31,992 nucleotides of DNA, taken from positions 1 to 31,992 of the forward strand of contig VGWZ01000001.1 in NCBI GenBank assembly GCA_016873595.1, in the 5' to 3' direction. Position 1 is the first letter of the stretch. Each line of letters starts with the position of its first letter. Of this stretch, positions 17,137 to 24,980 are shown piece after piece. A program made the position numbers and the translations under genes. This DNA comes from Nitrospira sp. GTDB taxonomy: Bacteria; Nitrospirota; Thermodesulfovibrionia; Thermodesulfovibrionales; SM23-35. The notes beneath the pieces were generated by a model. That model did not search any database and was not told where the DNA came from. It was given only the letters and a program-made list of their open reading frames with translations.

Positions 17137-17162
17137 TGAACACTTCATCAATTTTCCTCATC
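17137..17162 (+). promoter_or_regulatory. Candidate ECF promoter copy 3: TGAAC-N17-CATC
   Basis: tgaac(17137-17141) acttcatcaattttcct catc(17159-17162), intergenic and upstream of the M23 gene. Confidence 0.7.
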
Positions 17163-17295
17163 TTATAAAGAAAACAAGTCATTCAACGTAAGGAGGTGAT
17201 GAAGGTTTATTTACCAATAATAGAAAGGGAAGAAAGCATAGAATTGGGTCATCTTATGATTAACTATTTTAGAGCTTCAAAAAGGAGATACCAAA

Positions 17296-17874
17296 ATGAG
17301 AACAAAAATGAAACTTATCTCATTGTTGATATTTGCATCACTTTTTACTTTTGTATCCCATGCTTTTTCAGCAGATTATTGGTCTTATCCACTTAGTCCT
17401 TGGAGCCCTGTCACTCGTGGTTTCGGAATTTGGGTGAGTGGTTGGGGATATCATTTAGGCGAAGATGTTGTAAAACCAGCTTATACAATTGTTAAGAATG
17501 CGCGATGGGGATATGTTAGACACGTTGCTCCCCATACGAAATATGGTTGGGTTGTTGTTATTGAAAGCCCAAGAGAATGGGAGACATCTACTGATCCAAA
17601 AACATGGAAAAATCCTATATGTCATGTATATGGCCATCTTCGATATGATTCATACCTGGCTGCTACAAAAGTCAAATTAAATAAACTTATCGATAGAGGT
17701 TGGATTATTGGACGTTTAGGTACTTCAAGCGAAAACGGTGGATATACTCCCCATTTGCATTTTGGTGCCCGAAAGGGGCGATATACTTCTACTTGGGTTT
17801 ATTGGGGCTATTCAACAAGCTCATCTGTACTTTCTCAGTGGTACAAACCAAGCTCTGTAATTAACAATTATTGA
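17296..17874 (+). CDS. Exported M23-family metallopeptidase (stand-alone catalytic domain)
   Basis: Signal peptide (SHAFSA); HLGED (HxxxD), VYGHL and GGYTPHLHFG (HxH); RBS AAGGAG. Confidence 0.88.
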   Translation: MRTKMKLISLLIFASLFTFVSHAFSADYWSYPLSPWSPVTRGFGIWVSGWGYHLGEDVVKPAYTIVKNARWGYVRHVAPHTKYGWVVVIESPREWETSTDPKTWKNPICHVYGHLRYDSYLAATKVKLNKLIDRGWIIGRLGTSSENGGYTPHLHFGARKGRYTSTWVYWGYSTSSSVLSQWYKPSSVINNY

Positions 17875-17925
17875 ATATGATGAAATTGCAAAAGTTGTCC
17901 TTAAGTCAGTGCATAGAGTTGTTTA

Positions 17926-17951
17926 ACAGGAGGGGGTGCTCTCCCTCCTGT
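17926..17951 (+). terminator. GC-rich hairpin after the M23 gene
   Basis: acaggaggg-gg-tgct-ct-ccctcctgt, followed by a pyrimidine tract ctctctt. Confidence 0.55.
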
Positions 17952-17979
17952 CTCTCTTAAATCTATTAAAGTAAAATTT

Positions 17980-18846
17980 ATGAAAGGAACATCAGTCATG
18001 ATACATTATCTGAAGGAGAAGGACATTAAGAAAGTTATATTTTGCATTTTTTTAATTAGCTTTTCAGTTTTGTTAATTAAATGGATAATTAGCGATAGGC
18101 ATATTCAAGAATCAGGTCGTCCTAAGTGTGTGTTCAATTCGATTCTGAAAGTTCAAAAGCCCAACGCTCTCCGGAATTCTTTCAATGAAAATCTACTAAA
18201 TTTTTCAGTAAAGGAAGAAAATATACTGTCTTCAGACCTTCAATTATGGATCAAGAAATTTATTGAGGAAAGCCCATATGGAGAAGCTACATTTATTGAA
18301 CTAGGAAAATTACTCTTTTATAACGGTTACAAAGAATTAGGTCAAGAAATGGTTGAAAAGACTTTATGGGAAAATCCTCTTGATATAAGAGCCCTGCAAG
18401 AATTAGGCACTATTTATAAGGATTCGGGCAAATTAGAGAATTTTAGAGGTACTTATCAGGGGATCTTGGAGAGATTTCCTGATAAGTTAGAAACTTATGT
18501 TACCTTAGCTTCTTTTTTATCAGATAATTCAGATTTTAACGAAGCTCGGTCTATACTTGAATTTGGAATAGAAATGAACCCGAATAATACTGAATTTAGA
18601 TACGCTCTGGGGGATTATCTTGAAATTTCGGAGTCTTATTCAGAAGCCGAAGAACAATATAAGTTTGCATTGAAATTAAATGATAATGATCCCGAGGGAT
18701 ATTTCAAACTTGGAGAACTTTACCTTAAAATGGGCAAGAAAGAGGAGGCTGAATCCTTTTTCACTAAAGCGTCCCAACTTTCAGAAGACTTTGCAAGGGT
18801 AATTCAAGAATTCAAAGAGAGCTTCAGTAAAGATTATCCCATTTAA
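17980..18846 (+). CDS. Tetratricopeptide-repeat protein with N-terminal membrane anchor
   Basis: TM VIFCIFLISFSVLLIKWII; TPR-like units (ALQELGTIYKDSG, FRYALGDYLE...AEEQYKFALKLNDNDPEGYFKLGELYLKMGKKEEAESFF). Confidence 0.8.
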   Translation: MKGTSVMIHYLKEKDIKKVIFCIFLISFSVLLIKWIISDRHIQESGRPKCVFNSILKVQKPNALRNSFNENLLNFSVKEENILSSDLQLWIKKFIEESPYGEATFIELGKLLFYNGYKELGQEMVEKTLWENPLDIRALQELGTIYKDSGKLENFRGTYQGILERFPDKLETYVTLASFLSDNSDFNEARSILEFGIEMNPNNTEFRYALGDYLEISESYSEAEEQYKFALKLNDNDPEGYFKLGELYLKMGKKEEAESFFTKASQLSEDFARVIQEFKESFSKDYPI

Positions 18847-18944
18847 AGATATTTGTAGCTTAAAGAGCAGCAGAATCTACTATATATATCGTAAGTCGCA
18901 GTAGACTCTCCCAAGTAAAGAATTAGCAATAATCATTTTTTCGC

Positions 18945-18970
18945 TGAACAATCCTTAACTTTTTTTCATC
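18945..18970 (+). promoter_or_regulatory. Candidate ECF promoter copy 4: TGAAC-N17-CATC
   Basis: tgaac(18945-18949) aatccttaacttttttt catc(18967-18970), upstream of the strong RBS at 19023-19036. Confidence 0.7.
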
Positions 18971-19041
18971 TTCTAAAGATAGAAGATAGAAGTAAGCTGA
19001 GAAATTAACGATTGTTCAAATGAAGGAGGGAGGTGAGTAAC

Positions 19042-19527
19042 ATGTATAAAAAATTTCTAAATATTTGGAGAGTAAAAAGCTTTATTACAAACAAGGATAC
19101 TTATCTGGGAAGAAAGGAGGACATGATGAAGAAGTTATTATCCATAGGTATGCTGTTTATCATAGCAATTGGTTTAGTGATCATCGAAAGCGATGATGTA
19201 TATGCCATGAATAATGAGTCTGCTGCAATGCTGGCAGGCGCGATAGCCATTTTTGGTAAACCTGTCCTTAACGCAATAGCTGGTGAAATATTCTATCCCA
19301 CTTACTACAATTCATATCCTGTTTATAATTCCTATTACAATTCTTATCCAGTTCAGACAGGGGTTATCTATCAAACAGCTCCAATCTATGACTACGACTC
19401 GTACTATATACCATATAATGGCTACGGAAGGGGATATGACAGAGGATATTCAAGAGGATATAAAAGAGGGTATAGGAGAGGCTGGGATGATTGCGAATAT
19501 TACTCCCATAGATGCAGGAGATATTAG
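19042..19527 (+). CDS. Exported Tyr/Gly/Arg-rich low-complexity protein (alternative start ATG 19123)
   Basis: Signal peptide MMKKLLSIGMLFIIAIGLVII...VYA from 19123; YYNSYP twice; GYGRGYDRGYSRGYKRGYRRGW. Both ATG 19042 and ATG 19123 have strong SD sequences. Confidence 0.7.
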   Translation: MYKKFLNIWRVKSFITNKDTYLGRKEDMMKKLLSIGMLFIIAIGLVIIESDDVYAMNNESAAMLAGAIAIFGKPVLNAIAGEIFYPTYYNSYPVYNSYYNSYPVQTGVIYQTAPIYDYDSYYIPYNGYGRGYDRGYSRGYKRGYRRGWDDCEYYSHRCRRY

Positions 19528-19584
19528 TTGAGGTCTTATAGGATAAATAGTACTAAAAATTTAAAATTGAAAGGAGCTTTAGCG

Positions 19585-20421
19585 ATGAAAAAAACACTTT
19601 TCTTAATTACACTTTTAATGATTTTTATCCTTACAGCTTGTGGTGGAGGAGGCGGAGGAAGCAGTTCTCCAGGAGGCGGTGGAGGCGAGACTCCAACTTC
19701 AGAAGCAGTTAAAGAAGAAATCAGGCTTGGTGTACTGACTGCAAACAGTATTGTGATCTCCGTGATGAACAATATGAACGAGATTATTGATGAAGCTATT
19801 ACTAATTTCAATTGTACTAATTTCTCGACTTCTATATCAACAAACCTCATGATTAATAGTTTGCCTCATTATGTTTATGCGTCAGGACAGGCAAGACTTT
19901 ATAACGGACAGACGCTTCTTAATTGCGATTACTTTTTCAATACTGGTTCGTTCTTTGTTGAGAAAGCTGAAGTTGAGGGTAGTGGATACATAAATGGCGG
20001 CGAAGTTAATTCAAATTTTCAGGGGAATTTTAAAATAACAGGTAGCGAAGGGTTTCTAACTGCGGGGGATATATTCACTGATATAATCATTTCAGATTAT
20101 TTCTTTATCAACGGCCCAGGTTCATTTACAAATATAAACCATGCTGGGATCCAATATCCGGATATATTTGGCACCTTAAATAATGTAAAAGTAGATATGC
20201 AATCTGCAATGGATTTATTTTTTAATACCATGTCCGGGTACACTATATCCCTTGGTAATGTTGCTAAGGTTGTCAAAGATGGATATATATATGCCTATTC
20301 ATCAGACTGCCCAGAGCTCATAATCTATTTCAATGGTACTAACGTAGTTGATGTCTCCAGCCCCTGTACATCTCCATCTCAATTTAAAGTAAATGTTGAT
20401 ACAGGCAAAATTATTGAATAA
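19585..20421 (+). CDS. Lipoprotein with Gly/Ser linker and beta-rich domain (possibly surface exposed)
   Basis: RBS AAGGAG; MKKTLFLITLLMIFILTAC-GGGGGGSSSPGGGGG; Asn/Ser/Thr/Gly-rich body. Confidence 0.75.
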   Translation: MKKTLFLITLLMIFILTACGGGGGGSSSPGGGGGETPTSEAVKEEIRLGVLTANSIVISVMNNMNEIIDEAITNFNCTNFSTSISTNLMINSLPHYVYASGQARLYNGQTLLNCDYFFNTGSFFVEKAEVEGSGYINGGEVNSNFQGNFKITGSEGFLTAGDIFTDIIISDYFFINGPGSFTNINHAGIQYPDIFGTLNNVKVDMQSAMDLFFNTMSGYTISLGNVAKVVKDGYIYAYSSDCPELIIYFNGTNVVDVSSPCTSPSQFKVNVDTGKIIE

Positions 20422-20469
20422 TTGTAATGCCTTAACCCTGAAAAGAAGCCCGATACTATAGACAAAAGG

Positions 20470-20512
20470 AAATGGCTAATCCCACTGTTAGAATTGGTGG
20501 TATTAGCCATTT
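20470..20512. terminator. Hairpin between convergent genes (probable bidirectional terminator)
   Basis: aaatggctaat-c-ccac / gtgg-t-attagccattt, 11-nt loop. Confidence 0.6.
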
Positions 20513-20548
20513 AAATCTTGCAGTATTAGGCAATAAAGATGCTTCTCT

Positions 20549-21115
20549 CTATGAAAAACTCACCTTCACTGGTTTTCTTTCAACCTCTGGCGCTTCGAGC
20601 TCAAAGAACTCTTCTTTCTCGAACCTGAACATGGATGCCACGATGTTTGACGGAATTGATTCTATCATGATGTTATAGTCACGAACTATAGCATTATAAT
20701 ACCTTCTCGCATATTCTATATTGTCTTCCAGTTCCTTTAACTGTGATTGGAGTTGTAAAAAGTTTGTATTAGCCTTCAGCTCAGGATATGCCTCTGCAAC
20801 AGCGAACAAACTCTTTAATGTATCTGTCAACATATTCTCAGCCTTTGCTTTATCAGCAGGAGATGATGCATGTATCGCCTTTGACCTTGCCTCAGTGACC
20901 TTTTCAAAAACATGCTTTTCATGTGACGCATATCCCTTAACAGTTTCAACAAGATTTGGCACCAGATCATATCTCTTCTTAAGCTGCACATCAATATCCG
21001 ACCACGAGGATTTCACCGTGTTTCTCAATCGAATGAGTTTATTATAAATTGCGATGACTGCAAAGATAAAAACTAAAAAGATTCCAATGATGACCAGTAT
21101 TGTCATCATTACCAT
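20549..21115 (-). CDS. lemA: LemA family protein
   Basis: N-terminal TM; YNKLIRLRN...SWSDIDVQLKKRYDLVPNLVETVKGYASHEK, VAEAYPELKANTNFLQLQ, RRYYN. Confidence 0.95.
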   Translation of the reverse strand: MVMMTILVIIGIFLVFIFAVIAIYNKLIRLRNTVKSSWSDIDVQLKKRYDLVPNLVETVKGYASHEKHVFEKVTEARSKAIHASSPADKAKAENMLTDTLKSLFAVAEAYPELKANTNFLQLQSQLKELEDNIEYARRYYNAIVRDYNIMIESIPSNIVASMFRFEKEEFFELEAPEVERKPVKVSFS

Positions 21116-21131
21116 ATTTGCCTCCCTACAA

Positions 21132-21165
21132 AAATTAGAGACGCATCAAAATGCGTCTCTAATTT
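21132..21165. terminator. Perfect 15-bp inverted repeat (terminator or REP-like palindrome)
   Basis: aaattagagacgcat-caaa-atgcgtctctaattt, between the glycine-zipper gene stop and the lemA RBS. Confidence 0.65.
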
Positions 21166-21200
21166 ATCATAAAGAAATTGAGTATCAAAGCCTGATAACG

Positions 21201-21617
21201 CTAGTACCTTCGCTCATATTTCTCACCTTCACAAACTTCTTTTATCTGATCCTTTACAAGGTTACCGTCTTCCCATGCCCTCTCCTGAACTTTCCTGCAT
21301 TTTGTACGTGCATCGTAGTCTAATGGTTCAGAACGATACACACCGCGTCCGTCCTCTGTCCTGTATTCCACAGGTCTTCCAGAGTATGCTGCTTCCCGTG
21401 TTGCCCTCATGGAAACATCAACAAATGTTGCACCGGCAAGAGCACCAAGAGCTGCGCCAATGACGCCTCCCCGCCAGTGGTTTTTCCTGTCAAGTAATGC
21501 CCCGGCGACGCCTCCAACAGCAGCACCAGCACCAGCCCCCTGCGCATGATATTGTGTACAACCAAATGTCAAACCTATGAGTGACAAAATCACTATCAAT
21601 GAAATTACTTTTTTCAT
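21201..21617 (-). CDS. Glycine-zipper lipoprotein (17-kDa-antigen/YMGG-like)
   Basis: LTFGC lipobox; QGAGAGAAVGGVAGALL...GGVIGAALGALAGA; RBS GGGAGGA. Confidence 0.85.
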   Translation of the reverse strand: MKKVISLIVILSLIGLTFGCTQYHAQGAGAGAAVGGVAGALLDRKNHWRGGVIGAALGALAGATFVDVSMRATREAAYSGRPVEYRTEDGRGVYRSEPLDYDARTKCRKVQERAWEDGNLVKDQIKEVCEGEKYERRY

Positions 21618-21846
21618 ACATCCTCCCTTTCACACATTTTCTCTTTTAAAAATATAACATTTTATAATTCATAATACAAGTGCTGCTATATTGTTTTCTG
21701 TGTATTTTTGGAATGTCGATAAAGTACTCAAATATATTTGATTGTTGATACCAAAAGGATACTCGCAAATACAGATATATGTTTCACTATTAAGGTAAAA
21801 TAGTAAAAGGATGATTTTAATTCGTTAAGAAAGGTTTATTTTTTTG

Positions 21847-22737
21847 ATGAATGACCATATTGATAAATTTATTAAGCATCTTGAGCTTGAAAGGGCTGCA
21901 TCAGCCCATACATTACGGTCTTACAGGAAAGACCTTGAAGAATTTTTTCAATATGTAAAAACAAAACCTGAAGATATAGACATAATAGACGTGCGAGGGT
22001 TTATTGCAGAACAGATTAAAAGTGGACTTAAAAAAAGTACTGTGGGAAGAAGGCTTGCGAGCATAAGGTCTTTTTTTAAGTTTCTCCATAGAGAAGGTTA
22101 CCAAAAAACAAACCCTGCGAAATTTGTTTCTAACCCAAAGGTTTCAAAACTTCTCCCAAGATTTCTCTCTATTGATGATATATTTTCTCTTATTGAAAAA
22201 CCCGAGGGGATAGGATTGATACCTGCAAGAGACAAGTCTGTTCTTGAACTCCTTTATTCAAGTGGCCTGAGGGTAAGCGAGCTCTCAGGGCTCAATATAG
22301 ATGACATCAATATTAAGGAAGGATTGGTAAAGGTTAGGGGAAAAGGGAAGAAAGAGAGAATAGTTCCTGTTGGTTCAAAGGCGATTGATGCACTCAAATC
22401 ATATATCGTAGAGAAAATTCTGCTGAAAAGTAAAAATAAGGCATTGTTCCTCAATAGAGCAGGGGCAAGATTATCAGACAGAGGGGTAAGACGGATAGTG
22501 GTTAAATATGCAAGGATGGTGGGTGTGGCCGGACAGATAGGACCTCATACTATGAGACATACATTTGCAAGCCATCTCCTTCAGGCTGGTGCGGATCTCA
22601 GGGTGATACAGGAACTTCTGGGCCATTCATCACTTTCGACAACACAGAAGTATACACATCTGGACATTACACATTTAATGGATGTTTATGACAAGGCACA
22701 CCCTTTTGCAAAAGAAGAAGATAATGATGTATCATAA
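21847..22737 (+). CDS. xerC: Tyrosine recombinase XerC
   Basis: SAHTLRSYRKDL, YSSGLRVSEL, VRGKGKKERIVP, PHTMRHTFASHLLQAGADLRVIQELLGHSSLSTTQKYTH; synteny with hslVU. Confidence 0.9.
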   Translation: MNDHIDKFIKHLELERAASAHTLRSYRKDLEEFFQYVKTKPEDIDIIDVRGFIAEQIKSGLKKSTVGRRLASIRSFFKFLHREGYQKTNPAKFVSNPKVSKLLPRFLSIDDIFSLIEKPEGIGLIPARDKSVLELLYSSGLRVSELSGLNIDDINIKEGLVKVRGKGKKERIVPVGSKAIDALKSYIVEKILLKSKNKALFLNRAGARLSDRGVRRIVVKYARMVGVAGQIGPHTMRHTFASHLLQAGADLRVIQELLGHSSLSTTQKYTHLDITHLMDVYDKAHPFAKEEDNDVS

Positions 22738-22766
22738 AATATTCAGCTTGCAGGCTTATTAGTTAA

Positions 22767-22892
22767 TGTGCTGTCTCACAAATAGCTTTACTATAACTGT
22801 CATTCCGAGCGAAGCGAGGAATCTCGTTTTTAGATTGCTTCGGGACTTAGTCCCTCGCAATGACAATGTATAGAATTGTTAGGGACAGCACA
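22767..22892. repeat. Nested palindromic intergenic element (REP/MITE-like)
   Basis: Outer IR tgtgctgtc(22767-22775)/gacagcaca(22884-22892). Inner IR tgtcattccgag(22798-22809)/ctcgcaatgaca(22854-22865), 1 mismatch. Internal arms cgaagc..aatct/agattgcttcg and gggact/agtccc. Confidence 0.75.
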
Positions 22893-22921
22893 CTAAATAG
22901 TTTTTATAGGAGATAGTGTTT

Positions 22922-23467
22922 ATGGCAAATGAAACGAGCATGATTAAAGGAACGACAATATTATGCGTCAGGCGTAACGGCATGGTAGCAATCGGCGGTG
23001 ACGGCCAGGTTACCATAGGTAATACTATCCTTAAGCAAAATGCAAAAAAAATAAGGAAGATATTTGGCGAAAAAGTCCTCACTGGTTTTTCAGGGGCAAC
23101 AGCAGATGCACTTACATTGTTCGAGAAATTTGAAGGTAAGCTCGAATCTTATAGAGGAAATATAACCAGGGCTGCTGTTGAGCTCGCAAAAGACTGGAGA
23201 ACTGATAAAGTTTTAAGGAGGCTCGAGGCCCTTTTAATAGTAGCAGATATGGAACATAGTTTTATAATCTCTGGCACAGGGGATGTGATCGAGCCTGAGG
23301 AAGGAATCGCGGCTATTGGTTCTGGAGGTCCATTTGCTCAGGCAGCGGCAAGGGCACTCCATGAAAATACCTCACTTTCAGCAAAAGAAATCGTGGAGAA
23401 ATCCATGAAGATTACCTCTGATATTTGTATTTATACAAATAAAAATATAACGATAGAGGAGCTTTAG
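22922..23467 (+). CDS. hslV: ATP-dependent protease subunit HslV
   Basis: G-TTILCVRR (catalytic Thr), [31 protein letters not shown]; RBS AGGAG before ATG 22922. Confidence 0.97.
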   Translation: MANETSMIKGTTILCVRRNGMVAIGGDGQVTIGNTILKQNAKKIRKIFGEKVLTGFSGATADALTLFEKFEGKLESYRGNITRAAVELAKDWRTDKVLRRLEALLIVADMEHSFIISGTGDVIEPEEGIAAIGSGGPFAQAAARALHENTSLSAKEIVEKSMKITSDICIYTNKNITIEEL

Positions 23468-23484
23468 TGGTATCGGAGTTCATG

Positions 23485-24831
23485 ATGGACATGGAGAAAC
23501 TCACACCGAGAAAAATAGTTGAAGAGCTTGATAAGTACATCATAGGACAACATAAAGCAAAAAAGGCTGTTTCCATTGCGTTAAGAAATAGGTGGAGAAG
23601 GCAGAAGCTCTCTCCTGAATTAAAAGACGAAGTCCTTCCTAAGAACATAATTATGATTGGCCCTACAGGAGTGGGGAAGACAGAGATCGCGAGAAGACTC
23701 TCCAGGCTTGCGCATGCGCCGTTTGTAAAGGTCGAAGCATCAAAGTTTACAGAGGTAGGTTATGTCGGTCGCGATGTAGAATCAATGATACGGGACCTCA
23801 TGGAGTTATCCATAGGTATGGTGAGGTCAGAACATGTAGAAAAAGTTCAGGAAAAGTCAAAAATGCTTGCTGAAGAGCGATTACTTGACCATCTCCTTCC
23901 CCAGCCAAGAATGGTAAAGGGAATTGGCCCCGAGGAAGAAGAAAAGGAGAGGTATAAAGAAACAAGAGAAAGACTAAGAACGCAGTTGCGAGAGGGAAAA
24001 CTTGACAACAGGTATGTAGATATTGAGGTAAAAGAAAAAATAATACCGTTTGGTGTTGTGTCAAATGTAGGTCTTGAAGAGCTTGAGATAAATCTTAAAG
24101 AGATGCTCGGCAGTTTTTTGCCTGAAAAGTCAAAGAAGAAGAAGGCGAAAGTTCCTGAAGCACTAAATATATTTTTGCAGGAAGAGGCAAATAAACTTAT
24201 TGATATAGATAAAGTGACAAAAGAGGCAATTGAAAGGGTTGAGCAGGCAGGAATTGTATTCGTTGATGAAATAGACAAAATAGCGAGTAGAGGATATACA
24301 CACGGTCCCGACGTCTCCCGGGAAGGTGTCCAGAGGGACCTTTTGCCAATAGTTGAAGGCTCTACCATAGCAACAAAACACGGCCCTGTAAAAACAGACC
24401 ATATCCTCTTTATCGCTGCAGGGGCATTTCATATGACAAAACCATCTGACCTGATTCCAGAGCTACAGGGAAGGTTTCCTATAAGGGTTGAACTCGATGC
24501 GCTCGGTAAAGATGAATTTGTAAGAATACTCACCGAACCTTATAACGCATTGATTAAACAATATACTGCTTTGCTTTCTACAGAAGACGTAGAGATAGAT
24601 TTTACAAAGGATGCAATTGATGAGATTGCTGACATTGCAGCAGTTGTGAATGAGAAGACAGAAAATATCGGTGCAAGAAGGCTGTATACTGTACTTGAGA
24701 AACTCCTTGAAGACATTTCCTTCGAAGCACCTGAAAAGAAGAACGGGAAACTTTCAATAGACAGAACATATGTCAAAGAGAAGCTAACCGAGATTGTCAA
24801 AGATGAAGACCTAAGTAGGTATATCCTGTGA
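23485..24831 (+). CDS. hslU: ATP-dependent protease ATPase subunit HslU (start among ATG 23482/23485/23491)
   Basis: [59 protein letters not shown]. Confidence 0.97.
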   Translation: MDMEKLTPRKIVEELDKYIIGQHKAKKAVSIALRNRWRRQKLSPELKDEVLPKNIIMIGPTGVGKTEIARRLSRLAHAPFVKVEASKFTEVGYVGRDVESMIRDLMELSIGMVRSEHVEKVQEKSKMLAEERLLDHLLPQPRMVKGIGPEEEEKERYKETRERLRTQLREGKLDNRYVDIEVKEKIIPFGVVSNVGLEELEINLKEMLGSFLPEKSKKKKAKVPEALNIFLQEEANKLIDIDKVTKEAIERVEQAGIVFVDEIDKIASRGYTHGPDVSREGVQRDLLPIVEGSTIATKHGPVKTDHILFIAAGAFHMTKPSDLIPELQGRFPIRVELDALGKDEFVRILTEPYNALIKQYTALLSTEDVEIDFTKDAIDEIADIAAVVNEKTENIGARRLYTVLEKLLEDISFEAPEKKNGKLSIDRTYVKEKLTEIVKDEDLSRYIL

Positions 24832-24835
24832 AAAG

Positions 24836-24980
24836 AAATCCTAAATACGAAATTCTAAATCCTAAACAAACTCACATATTTCAAATTAAAACCTGTCAGA
24901 ATCGACTCGTACCTCATTTGAGACATTGTAACTTGGAATTTTGAATTTGTTGAGCATTTGGTACTTGGGATTTAGAGTTT
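24836..24980. repeat. Heptamer-periodic imperfect inverted-repeat element
   Basis: Left arm aaatcct aaatacg aaattct aaatcct aaacaaa (24836-24870). Right arm read on the minus strand: aaactct aaatccc aagtacc aaatgct caacaaa (24980-24946). Confidence 0.7.

Larger units (their letters stand above)
368..20548. mobile_element. Putative genomic island (~20 kb) inserted between lemA and the DUF2207 gene; no mobility gene visible
   Basis: All supported genes are on the + strand, opposite to both flanking genes. It looks more AT-rich than the core region (not computed). Content is accessory envelope genes. Candidate 8-bp direct repeat TAAATCTT at 395-402 and 20512-20519 (weak). Confidence 0.55.

Noticed and set aside
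21847-22737. xerC as the integrase of the island
   Set aside because: It is a typical housekeeping XerC in the conserved xerC-hslV-hslU arrangement and lies outside the island boundary, beyond lemA.
22922-22951. N-terminal extension before the catalytic Thr of HslV
   Set aside because: Short propeptides removed by processing are known for HslV-family subunits; not unusual.
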